A stretch of DNA of 64,000 nucleotides. Source: Octopus vulgaris. Lineage: Eukaryota. Where the stretch lies: positions 15,252,001 to 15,316,000 of the forward strand of contig OX597841.1 of NCBI GenBank assembly GCA_951406725.2, read 5' to 3'. Below the pieces are notes generated by a model. The model made no database searches, was not told the origin of the DNA, and was given only the letters and a program-made list of their open reading frames with translations. The translations under genes and the position numbers were made by a program. This document shows, piece after piece, positions 43,349 to 56,789 of this stretch (positions within the stretch are counted from its first letter, which is position 1; every line of letters begins with the position of its first letter).

Positions 43349-43661
43349 TTTCATCCTTTCCGGGGTTGATAAATAAAGTACCAGTTACGCACTGGGGTCG
43401 ATGTAATCGACTTAATCCCTCTGTCTTGTCTTGTTTGTCCCCTCTATGTTTATCCCCTTATGGGTAGTAAAGAAATAGGTATTTCGTTTGCCGTTACGTT
43501 CTGAGTTCGAATTCCGCCAGGGTCGTCTTTGCCTTTCATCCTTTCGGGGTCGATAAATTAAGTACCAGTTACGCACTGGGGTCGATATAATCGACTTAAT
43601 CCCTTTGCCCGTCCTTGTTTGCCACCTCTATGTTTAGCCCCTTGTGGGCAATAAAGAAATA
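43349..43661 (+). mobile_element. SINE family B, 5'-truncated tandem dimer
   Basis: Same AAATAGGTATTTCGT junction at 43473-43487. Confidence 0.88.
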
Positions 43662-44778
43662 CATATACTGTGTTCATACACACACGTATACACACGAACA
43701 TACACACGCACACACACACACACTTTGCACATACATACATACATTCATTTAGCAACACACACACGTTTCAACAGTGACACACAGACACACACTGACGAAC
43801 ACACAGACTCGCACACACAGACACACAACTCCATGTCTGTGCATAGGCGCATGTGCAAACGCATGCTGCAGTTCACAGCTGCTGCCGCCATTAGCGGCAA
43901 TATGCACAAATATATGCAAAAATGTGCAGTCAGCATCCAATTGCTGAAACGCCAGCATCGCGTGATGATGGCAGTTCGTTTACCTTCTGGATTGGGTGCG
44001 CACGCACCAAGACAGCACGATTTGCACACATGCATATACACACATGCACGCATACATACATACGTATATATAAACATACGTACATATATGCATATATATA
44101 CATACATACATACATACGTACATACATACATATAAATATATATACATACATACGTACATACGTACATATATATACATATATATACATACATACATACGTA
44201 CATACATACGTACAGATATACATATATATACATACGTACATACATACGTACATACGTACATACATACATACGTACATACATACATACGTACATATATACA
44301 TATATATATATATGCATACATACATACGTACATACATACATACATACATACATACATACATACGTACATATATACATATATATACATACATACGTACATA
44401 CATACATACATTCATATATACATACATAAATGCATGCATACATACGTACATACATGCATACATACATATATACATACATACATACATACATACACACACA
44501 TACATACATAAATACATACATACATATATACGTACATACATACATACATACATTACATACATACATACATACATACGTACATACATACGTACATACATGC
44601 ATACATACATACATACATACATACATACATACATACATACAAACATATCTATACATGTGTGTGTGTCTTTTAAGTTATTGCGTATGTGTGTGTGGATGTT
44701 GTGCGTACATGTGTGTGTATATGCATATGTGTGTATACGTGTGTGTGTTTGTATTTGTCTCTGTGTGTATGTGTGTGT

Positions 44779-44822
<44 letters not shown>

Positions 44823-44826
<4 letters not shown>

Positions 44827-45140
44827 GTGCATGGTCCTCTGGTAACGTCGCTGCACTCATAATCGCCAGAGCGTGGTTTCAATTCCGAGACTGAGAGTCG
44901 TATTGTGTTCTTCAGCATGTGACTTCATTCCACATTGCTCCGCCATCGTTTCGACCTTTGACCTGCGTCACACACACTCATACACCTGTTCAGGTGACAT
45001 CGATGTGATGGAGCCTAGGAACCAATGTTTGACACATACATCGGATCACCTTAAACAAAATCCCTTCCGCGGGTCATACAGGAAATACCGAATCCCTTGT
45101 ACGTCTCTACGTTCATCCGTTTCAGGATACCAGTCATGTA
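44823..45140 (+). mobile_element. Old tRNA-derived SINE (fourth family)
   Basis: Degenerate A/B boxes (TGGTCCTCTGG, GGTTTCAATTCC). Confidence 0.4.
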
Positions 45141-45253
45141 CTGGGGTAGATACAATCGTTTTCTCACTCCCCAAAAGGTATTGGTCCTGTACCAAAATCT
45201 GAACCCCATATTTCTATTTCAAGATTTCTTGCCAATACAGAAAGAACCGGTTT

Positions 45254-45670
45254 GGCGGTGAGCTGGCAGAAACGTTAGCACACCGGGCGACATGCTTAGC
45301 GGTATTTCGTCTGCCGCTACGTTCTGAGTTCAAATTCCGCCAAGGTCGTCTTTGCCTTTCATCCTTTCGGGGTGGATAAATAAAACAACCAGTTACGCAC
45401 TGGGGTCGATGTAATCGACTTAATACCTTTGTCTGTCCTTGTTTGTCCCCTCTGGTGTTTAGCCCCTTGAGGGTAGTAAAGAAATAGGTATTTCGTCTGC
45501 CGATACGTTCTGAGTTCGAATTCCGCCAAGGTCGTCTTTGCCTTTCATCCTTTCGGTGTCGATAAATAAAGTACCAGTTTCGCACTGGGATCGATGTAAT
45601 CGACTTAATACCTTTGTCTGTCCTTGTTTGTCTCCTCTATGTTTAGCCCCTTGTGGACAATAAAGAAATA
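45254..45670 (+). mobile_element. SINE family B, head plus two tandem units
   Basis: GGTATTTCGT at 45301 and 45487. Confidence 0.9.
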
Positions 45671-45769
45671 AGAAAAAGCCGTTATCGAACCCTGATCCAA
45701 GGCTCCTTTACCGAAATCTCAGCAAGAGTGTATTTTTGTATGTATATATGTATGTATGTATGTATATAA

Positions 45770-45953
45770 GGTGGGAAAATAGTACTCGAATACCAGAGGT
45801 AGAGTAATATGCTTTCTTTAAAAGCATCAGAAATATCACAAGAAGTGTTACTCAGAGTTTCACGTTCCCGTTCGTCGGACAGCTTTGTTTAGGTGCCACG
45901 ATGGGGAACGTGAAACTCTGAGTAACACTTCTTGTGATATTTCTGATGCTTTT
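45770..45953. mobile_element. Penelope-like terminal repeat with a 50-bp perfect inverted repeat and a hammerhead (45845-45882, minus)
   Basis: IR 45820-45869 / 45904-45953; CUGU-CCGACGA-ACG(GGAA)CGU-GAAA-CUCUGAG-UA-ACAC; related piece at 55546-55640. Confidence 0.7.
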
Positions 45954-45965
45954 CAATGTATGTGT

Positions 45966-46011
<46 letters not shown>

Positions 46012-46082
46012 TGTGACCTCGTGTGTACCGTTGGCGATTTTTTTCCCTCTGTCTTCCCTTCTCTGGATCTTTCCTTCTCCTA

Positions 46083-46119
46083 TGTTTCCGACGAAGAGCT
46101 CCGCTCGAAACGTTAAACA
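46083..46119 (+). ncRNA. Minimal type I hammerhead motif in a small PLE-like repeat (46010-46220)
   Basis: UGUUU-CCGACGA-A-GAGC(UCC)GCUC-GAA-ACGU-U-AAACA. Confidence 0.65.
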
Positions 46120-46325
46120 CTCATTCTTTCCTTCTTTCCTGAGTGTCCAATAATACTATATTTGTTCCACGTCCTCGCGTTGTTGTGTTTTTTTGTGCTT
46201 TCATGTTTGGATTAACTTTATATACATATATATATATGTTTATGTTTTTGTATATGTATGTATGTGTATATATATATATATATATATACATAACTATGTA
46301 TATATCATCATCATCATCATCATCA

Positions 46326-46435
<110 letters not shown>

Positions 46436-46499
46436 AGCTAGTAAACCGCATCGTATAGGCTTGGTAGTTTACCGTTTAAAGCACGTTCACAGGTTCAGA

Positions 46500-47274
46500 G
46501 TATGCATGTATGTATGTATGTATGTATGTATGTATGTATGTATGTATGTATGTATGTATGTATGCATATATGTATGTATGTATGTATGTATGTATTTACG
46601 TATGTATGTATGTATGTGTGTATGTAGGTATGTATGTATGTAGGTATGTATGTATGAATGTGTGTATGTATGTATGTATGTATGTATGTATGCATGTATG
46701 TATGTTTGTATGTATGTATGTATGTATGTACGTATGTATGTATGTATGTATGTATGTATGTGTGTATGTATGTATGTATGTGTGTGTATGTATGTATGTA
46801 TGTATGTATGTATGTATGTATGTATGTATGTATGTATGTATGTATGTATGTATGTATGTATGTGTATGTATGTGTGTGTGTATGTATGTATGTATGCATG
46901 TATGTATGTGTGTATGTATGCATGTGTGTGTATGTATGTATGTATGTATGTATGTATGTATTCATGTATGAATGTATGTATGTATGTGTGTATGTATATA
47001 TGTATGTGTGTATGTATGTATGTATGTATGTATATATGTATGTATGTATGTATGTATGTGTGTATGTATGTATGTATGTATGTATGTATGTGTGTATGTA
47101 TGTATGTATGTATGTGTGTGTGTATGTATGTATGTATGTATGTATGTATGTATGTATGTATGTGTGTGTGTATGTATGTATGTATGTATGTATGTATGTA
47201 TGTATGTATGTATGTATGTATGTATATATATATATGTATATATGTATGTATGTATATATGTATGTATGTATATG
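46500..47274. repeat. (TATG)n microsatellite
   Basis: Directly visible. Confidence 0.95.
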
Positions 47275-48251
47275 CCTTAATTTGTTATTAATTCTGTGAG
47301 ATGACATAAAAACCATTGCAATTTCTCTGGCTTTAAACTATTTGCTTTCTCAGCCTCCGGTGGAATTCTGTAGCAGAACATTTATTCTCCTTTAGAGAGA
47401 TGTGTGTGTCTATGTGTGTGTGAGTGTGTTTGTGTGTGTGTGCGTGTGTATGTGTATATAGATATGTTTGTACATATTTGTATGTATACATTTGTGTAAA
47501 TATATATATGTATACATATAAGTATACAATTGCGTGTATATATATATATATATGTATATATATACACACATGCACATAATATATACATATATATACATGC
47601 ATATATATATATGTATACACATGCATGTATGTGCATATGTATGCGTATATAATTATATATATATATATACATATATATACATGCATATATATATGTTTAT
47701 ATACATGTGTAAACATGCATGTATATATATGTGTATATATATATATATACACCCACATGTAGATATATGTATGTGCATGTTTGTGTGTGTGTGTGTGCGT
47801 ATCTGCACACGTTTGCTAATACAGCCACGCAGACGGAAGAGCAGATCAGATTGAAAATTCGAAATAGCACGCACCCGCACTCCCCCCCCCCACACGCACA
47901 GAGGCATATATCCTCATATATATACTCATTTATACATATATATATAACGTATATTTGGGGTAATTACATATATTATACCAAATATATACACATACATGTA
48001 TACCATATATATATATATATATATATATATGCGTGTGTGTGTGTGTGTGTTATATAAAGATCTATAGTTGTATTTTACATATTGAATGTCTCTAAAATTA
48101 TATATATAATTAAGAAAAACCATGGCAAACGCTTTATCATTACCATTATATATTATTATCATCATTATTATTATTTTTGTTGTTGTTCTTGTTATTTTCA
48201 TTATTATTATTATTATTGTCATTATTATTATTGTTATTGTCATTATTATTA

Positions 48252-48298
<47 letters not shown>

Positions 48299-48307
48299 GT
48301 CATTATT

Positions 48308-48350
<43 letters not shown>

Positions 48351-48359
48351 TTATTATAG

Positions 48360-48404
<45 letters not shown>

Positions 48405-48407
48405 TTG

Positions 48408-48445
<38 letters not shown>

Positions 48446-48898
48446 TTTGTCATTATCATTATTATTATTACTATTATTATCATTGTTATTATTTGCCGAA
48501 TGAATTAAAATTCGTTTAAAGCACTCAATTAGTCGAACTAGTAGGTAGTTCGGCAACATGATACGGTGGCGGTGGTGGCGGTGGATCGGGGGTGGACGGG
48601 CGGTGTGGTGTAGAGCGGCGGGGGGTGGGGAAGACGGCGTGGGCGAGGTGGTTAGAGGGATGACGCGCTGTGACGTGCAATGTGAGGGAAATGCGTTCGA
48701 AAGCAGATTGATTTTCCCTGCATGTATTTATGTATGTATGTATGTATACACATACATATATATATATGTAATTTACGTGTGTGCCTATATACATCTGGTG
48801 CTCTTAACCATTGTTATTATATATGTACTTACGTGGGTGTATGTATGAAGCTAGTTGTGCTTAATTCTACATTTACTGACGTGTTGGTGCAAATGTAT

Positions 48899-49048
<150 letters not shown>

Positions 49049-49114
49049 AGAACAATCTTACTTAGAAAGGGATGCGTGCGTTCCGTCATATAATATATTA
49101 ATAAATAAAACATA

Positions 49115-49162
<48 letters not shown>

Positions 49163-49199
49163 TGTACGTACCTACCTCTACATGTATGTATACACGCAT

Positions 49200-49363
49200 A
49201 TATGAGTACAGGACACCAAAAAAAAAACGTCGAACACAATGAGAAACGAAAACATAGACACAAACCCAAGGAGCTGGACATGTTTTTAAACAACAAAAAA
49301 ATAGGGTACGGGACAAATAACACAAGGAAAATTCCCCTTCTTCAGTCGCCATGGTTTCATCTA
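49200..49363 (-). mobile_element. Truncated relative of the 54638-55057 repeat
   Basis: Shared GAGTACAGGACACCA..GAGAAACGAAAACATA..CAAGGAA.ATTCCCCTTC.TCAG. Confidence 0.8.
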
Positions 49364-49452
49364 TATCTTCATGGGCGCAAGCAGTGTATTTCTATGCATG
49401 TATGCATCCTTTTCACTAAGTCTGTACAGTGTATATATATATATATATATAG

Positions 49453-49715
49453 TCATGACACTCCGTCGGTTACGATGACGAGGGTTTCAGTTGATCCGAT
49501 CAACGGAATAGCCTACTCGTCAAATGATCGTGCAAGTGGCTGAGAACTCCACAGAGTGTGACAAGGCTGGCCCTTTGAAATACAGGTACGACAGAAACAG
49601 GAAGAAAGAGTAAGAGAAGGTTGTAGTGAAAGAGTACAGTAAGGTTCGCCACCAACCCGCCCTACCTGGGAATCGAAACCGTGATGCTACGACTGCGAGT
49701 CTGCTGCCTTAACCA
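49453..49715 (-). mobile_element. SINE family C, internally deleted
   Basis: Family C match. Confidence 0.8.
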
Positions 49716-49784
49716 CTATCTATCTATCTATCTATCTACCTATCTCTTTATCTGTCTGACTGTCTCTCTCTCTCTCTCTATCTT

Positions 49785-49867
<83 letters not shown>

Positions 49868-49872
49868 CATAT

Positions 49873-50133
49873 ATGGGTCCTTTGGGTGCTTGGATAAAAT
49901 GTGGATGTCAAGTTGACCCAGGTTGTTTGCATGTTGGTCCTTGGCATGTTGGTAGAGTATGGAGGATTGGTTTTTTTCTCGTCATCTTGATTCAAATGTT
50001 CATTTAGTCTTTCCGCAATGCTCCAAGATGTCTCTCCTTCGTTTGTCATGTTCACGTCTTTACAAGCAACTCTTATGCACCTTTTGCTGTAGACTACATT
50101 TCTAGTTCTACATTTAACATACATATTGTTCAA
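49873..50133 (-). pseudogene. Penelope-like GIY-YIG endonuclease fragment
   Basis: [14 protein letters not shown]...[16 protein letters not shown], then after a frameshift [12 protein letters not shown]...[11 protein letters not shown] (CCHH-type PLE GIY-YIG). Confidence 0.8.
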
Positions 50134-50437
50134 TTAAATGGAGTCGCTTGAAACGATCGTACTGCATCACTTCTGGATATCTTGTTGTTTATTTTGATTT
50201 TATTCACCTTATTTTGAAACTGTACGGATAATACCGCACGAATTTTTGGTGCCTCAACTTAAGTACCTAATCCATCTGAATCTCAATTATTTTGCTTATA
50301 TCCCCCACCACACACCAAATTATAGGAAGAAGACGAAGAAGATTCTTTCGCACAATTTTAATGATTCTTAATAGTTGTTTCTGACCCAACTCTATGTGCA
50401 ACGCTAGTTTACGCAAACATTCGGAGTGAAAATTTAT

Positions 50438-51374
50438 AGGCGCAGGAGTGGCTGTGTCGTAAGTAGCTTGGGGAGGAGTGTCGCATATGGCCGGGTGGCC
50501 CTTACACGACTTACATGTCCTACATGAATGAGGCATGGGAAATGGCGGAACACAGGAACTCAAGCGGCATTGAAGATAATGATGAATATATCGATCGATA
50601 TATCGATGAGTAGGAGGTGAAAGAGCCTCGTTCGAGGGTTTGAAACCTCATCTTACTGTATTATTTGTAGTGGTTTATAACCTCAATCGGCTGTTTAAAA
50701 AAAACATGTTAAGTGAGAGGTTTTAGTGCCTCCTTCTTGTAAGAGGTTTGAAACCTCATATTGGTTTTTAAAAACAGAAAATATATTTTCGAGAAAAATC
50801 CAATCGGCGGGTGTTGGGTTTCGTCTCTCATTTATTCATTTTATTTCATTTTCATTCATTAATGTGTTTGTCCAGCCCGCAAAGCTACACACTCTTTCTA
50901 CTGTCTATATGACAAATTTTATGAAATATAGTAGCTTGCTTTCCAACCACATGGTTCCGGGTTCAGTCCTACTGCGTGGCACCTTGGGCGAGTGTCTTCT
51001 GCTATAGCCTCAGGCCGACCAAAGCCTTGTGAGTGGATTTGGTAGACGGAAACTGAAAGAAGCCCGTCGTATATAAATATATATGTATGTGTGTGTGTTC
51101 CTGTATGCTTGTGTATGTGTGTGTATTCATGTATGCTTGTGTATGTGTGTGTGTTCCTGTATGCTTGTGTATGTGTGTGTGTTTTGTCTCCCCACCATCG
51201 CTTGACAACCGATGTTCGTGTGTTTACGTCCCCGTAACTTAGCGGTTCGGCAAAAGGGATCGATAGAATAAGTACTAGGCTTACACAGGATAAGTTCTGG
51301 GGGGGGGTCGATTTGTTCGACTAAAGGCGATGCTCCAGCATGGCCTCAGTCAAATGACTTACACAAATAAAAGA

Positions 51375-51375
<1 letters not shown>
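50438..51375 (+). mobile_element. SINE family A interrupted by a 459-bp insertion
   Basis: Head at 50438-50470 resumes at 50930; AGTAGCTTG duplicated. Confidence 0.88.
50471..50929 (+). mobile_element. Unclassified insertion with 9-bp target-site duplication
   Basis: TSD at 50462-50470 and 50930-50938; open frame ending ...IDRYIDE*, then palindrome-rich sequence. Confidence 0.7.
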
Positions 51376-51411
<36 letters not shown>

Positions 51412-51777
51412 TATGTTGCGAGCGGAAGAGATAGAGGCAGAGCGACTGCAGGATCGATTTCCACCATGTTAGCACCAACATTTGGACTCAGTGCTTTAAA
51501 TTGGCAACAATAAGCTCAACTTGAATAATATTAAAATTTATTTAAATAAACTAAACACGTTTGACTCCATTTTAAGGGCTTCGTTCTCATTAAACTTTAT
51601 ATCAGGCCTAATTGCTAATTTATATAATTGCGTACTCATAACACTTAGCACGCATTGTTAATTATTTTGTTATTTAATTAAGATGTAATCAACCGAACCC
51701 AGACTTATCTGGAGCACACGTGACTCTGCCTCAATCTTATAAATTCAGCTTTTATACACACACACGTGCGTGGGCGC

Positions 51778-51841
<64 letters not shown>

Positions 51842-51920
51842 ATATATATATGTGTGTGTGTAAATATATATATATATGTAGATATATATATGTGTATATA
51901 TATATGTATATATACATATG

Positions 51921-52002
<82 letters not shown>

Positions 52003-52006
<4 letters not shown>

Positions 52007-52592
52007 AATTAAGGACTGAACACGAAAAAGTGGACAGTCAACAATTGATAAATATCAATTTTTACCCTAAATTTAATGTTATATAAATATTTGTTCTCTA
52101 ACCGATAAATTAACTGCTGCTAACTATTAGCTGCAGGCTAGTTTTCTCGGGTCTCATCGCGCCAAAATTAGAGACATTTGAAATATATATTTCAAATGTA
52201 ATAGGCCGTACTCCATGCACGCGATATTTCGGTATCGTGTTGGCATTTAGTACAGCAAATTACATTTTATATGGGACCATGCTGATGATGGCTGCACTTT
52301 TCCTTGCGGAAAATAACAGCCGAAACTGAATTTAGTACATGGGTAAATATTTATTTCGTATATTTTTCACTTGTTTATTGTTTTGGTTTTGTGTTGAGTT
52401 TGATCTGAGAACATAGACTTTTTTTGTGGAGAATGGCGATTTGACGTCTATATCTAGCATGTTGACTGTCCACTTTTTCGTGTTCAGTCCTTAATTGGTA
52501 TATATAAATATTTTAATCTTCGGATTCTTTCTTTAATATGCTAGGCCACTGGTTCTAATTGATAAATATCAATTTTTACCCTAAATTTAATA
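52003..52592 (+). mobile_element. Penelope-like element with 41-bp inverted ends in (TA)n
   Basis: IR 52003-52043 / 52460-52500; direct repeat 52043-52078 / 52557-52592; internal hammerhead. Confidence 0.7.
52277..52342 (+). ncRNA. Type I hammerhead ribozyme, intact
   Basis: CCAUG-CUGAUGA-U-GGCUG..CAGCC-GAAA-CUGA(AU)UUAG-UA-CAUGG; predicted cut after 52337. Confidence 0.82.
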
Positions 52593-52848
52593 TATATATA
52601 TATATATATTATATTAAATTAGAGATAAAACCACTATTAGGTTTTAAAAAAAAAAGATAATTATATTTTTTTAATAATTTTGATATATATTTAAAATAAT
52701 ATAAATTAATATAAATTAATTAATCTTATGTATTGGCTTAAGTTTTTCATTGTCTCTAATTTAATATAATGTAATATTTTACTATAAAATTGGATTCAAT
52801 CCTAAATCTGATTTTTCCCAGTAAATTTGGATTTATTCCCTAATATTT

Positions 52849-52899
<51 letters not shown>

Positions 52900-52936
52900 C
52901 ACACACACACACACATGCACAAATATACTCATAATA

Positions 52937-53358
52937 GGCGCAGGAGTGGCTGTGTAGTAAGACATTTGCTTCTGAACCACGTAGTTCCGGGTTCAGTCCC
53001 ACTGCGTGGCATCTTGGGCAAGTGTCTTCTGCTATAGCCTCAGGCCGATCAAAGCCTTGTGAGTGGATTTGGTAGACGGAAAATGAAAGAAGCCTGTCGT
53101 ATATATGACTATATATATGTATGTGTGTGTATATGTTTATGTGTATATGTTTATGTGTCTCTAGCATTGCTTGACAACTGGTGCTGGTGTGTTTACGTCC
53201 TCATCACTTAGCGGTTCGGCAAAAGAGACTGATAGAATAAGTACTGGGCTTACAAAGAATAAGTCCCGCGGTCAATTTGCTCGACCAAAGGCGGTGCTCC
53301 AGCATGGCCGCAGTCAAATGACTGAAACAAGTAAAAGAGTAAAAGATAGAGTAAAGAG
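52937..53358 (+). mobile_element. SINE family A, full length
   Basis: Complete head-to-tail match. Confidence 0.9.
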
Positions 53359-54049
53359 TATATATATATATGTATGTTTGTTTGTATATATATATATATA
53401 TATTTATCTATATGTAGTATATATATATAATGCCACAATGTCAATAGGTACATTTACAATAACAACAACAACAACGAAATGAAGCAGAATAAAAGAACAA
53501 CAAAACTGATGCACCACCAACATCAAACAGTAGATGACAACAGTAGACAAGAGAGGTAAACCTGCCGCCACCCCCACCATCAACACCAATACCATCAACC
53601 CACTAGCTATAACATAAACATAAAAAGTAAAAGAATATGGGACTGAGGTGAGAGATACAAAGGGAGAGTATTTAGTGTGGAGAGGAGAGTAAGGAGTGAG
53701 GAGTGCGACTATAAGGGGGATTGTACCACTGTAACAGTTTTAAGAATTTTTATTTGTCACCTGCCACCCCCCTCCCGTCCGCCGCTGCTTTTCATAATAC
53801 GGTTTCCTATCCTCTCGTGACCCACCCACCACGGCCCCCCGTTCCACTTACACTTAACGGGGGGATCTTCGACTCGGAACAATTAGAATTAATTAAAGAA
53901 CAATAATTAGAAACGTCGCCCTCCCCCTCCCCTACGCATGCGCTAGTACGCCACGACGCCGCCGAAGTGCGAACGCGCGCTGGAAAACAAACTGTGTGCG
54001 TACGTGTGTGTGCATTTGTGTCTCGGTATATGTATGTGCGTATGTGTAT

Positions 54050-54080
<31 letters not shown>

Positions 54081-54097
54081 CATACATATATAATATA

Positions 54098-54218
<121 letters not shown>

Positions 54219-54305
54219 ATGCGAGATAATAACATTCATGAACAGAAATAAAGTACAATCTAAATTAATTTGTATAGAATTATTACTCACAAATTTGCTG
54301 AACTT

Positions 54306-54345
<40 letters not shown>

Positions 54346-54350
54346 TATAC

Positions 54351-54395
<45 letters not shown>

Positions 54396-54462
54396 CATAT
54401 ATATATATATGTATATATATGTACATACATGTGTATATATATACATATATATATGTATATAT

Positions 54463-54496
<34 letters not shown>

Positions 54497-54524
54497 AATA
54501 ACAATTGAATAAATAAAACATATG

Positions 54525-54555
<31 letters not shown>

Positions 54556-54587
54556 GTACATACCTACATCTATATGTATATATACAA

Positions 54588-54637
<50 letters not shown>

Positions 54638-54642
<5 letters not shown>

Positions 54643-55057
54643 TACAGGACACCACAAATAAACGTAGAACACAACGAGAAACGAAAACATAAAACCAAAC
54701 AAGGAAACAGACTTTTTTTAACAACGAAAAAACAGAGTACAGGACAAACAATACAAGGAATATTCCCCTTCATCAGCTGCCCCTGGTTCGACTCAATGCG
54801 TGTTTCGAAGGTAAGGGCAGAACACGATCCGGCCGCCGCAGTCCTTTCTGCAAAATGAATTAAATAAAATTCTTTTGCAGAGGGGTAAAAAAAAGTGACA
54901 ATAACAGGACGTAAAAGCAACACAAATGAAGACAAAACAGTACACATAAAGAATAAAAACAGGACAAGGAAACCAACAATAAGGGCTTTATTTAAGCCTA
55001 GACGTTGGAAAAATTCGTTGGAACGCATTCTTGAAGATCGACTTGCGGAAGACTATG
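54638..55057 (-). mobile_element. Interspersed repeat (probably PLE-derived) carrying a permuted hammerhead-like motif
   Basis: Second copy at 49200-49363; ends in (TA)n; hairpin 54848-54880; hammerhead core elements at 54765-54826. Confidence 0.7.
54765..54826 (-). ncRNA. Candidate non-circularly permuted (pseudoknotted) hammerhead ribozyme
   Basis: CGUGU-U-CUGCCCUU-A-CCUUC-GAA-ACACG-(14 nt)-AGGGGCAG-CUGAUGA-A-GGGG. Confidence 0.5.
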
Positions 55058-55136
<79 letters not shown>

Positions 55137-55216
55137 TAAAAAAATTATTCTGAACGCTTAAGGAGACGAGCTTATGAAGAGACAGGATAAGCTGGTCTGG
55201 TCTTCGTGAAGGTAGT

Positions 55217-55490
<274 letters not shown>

Positions 55491-55691
55491 GTGTGTATAT
55501 ATATATAATATACGATATACACAGGTAAGCACATTCATTGTAAACAATAGTACTCGAATACCAAAGGTAGAGTGATGGGCTCTTCATTAAAGCCGGAAAA
55601 AAGTGTCGGAAGAAGATGAACGGTGACGTAAAACTCTATGCTTGTGAAGATTGTATGTATAGCTAGTGTGTGTGTGTGTGTGTGTGTGTGT

Positions 55692-56327
<636 letters not shown>

Positions 56328-56717
56328 GATTATAAACTTTAATTACTGAATCTGTTACACGACATTTCCCGAATATTCGATTTAAAGAAAAGATTTATTA
56401 GTAATTTACTTCAACATTTTTTAGAAAATTTTCGTAAGCGATTGTTAACTCTTTGTATTTTGCGAGAGACGTTTCTCCAAAGAGAAAAGAGATTTGACGG
56501 AAACAAGAACACAATTCCAGATTAAAAACGAAGAATGAATAGCTGCCATGAAAAGAGTTTAAAAACTAAATTTATTACCCCCACCCCACACACACTCGCG
56601 CGCGCACACGCATAATACGTATGTTATATTATATATATACACATATTATATATTCATATATATATATATATTATTTATATTTTATATATACATATATATA
56701 TATATATATGTATGTAT

Positions 56718-56751
<34 letters not shown>

Positions 56752-56789
56752 GTATATATATATGTATATATACATATATATATATATGT

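Noticed and set aside
54765-54880. HDV-like ribozyme reading of GCUGAU-GAAGG
   Set aside because: No P3/L3 with the UCC/P1.1 arrangement follows the candidate P2 strand; the hammerhead elements explain the sequence better.
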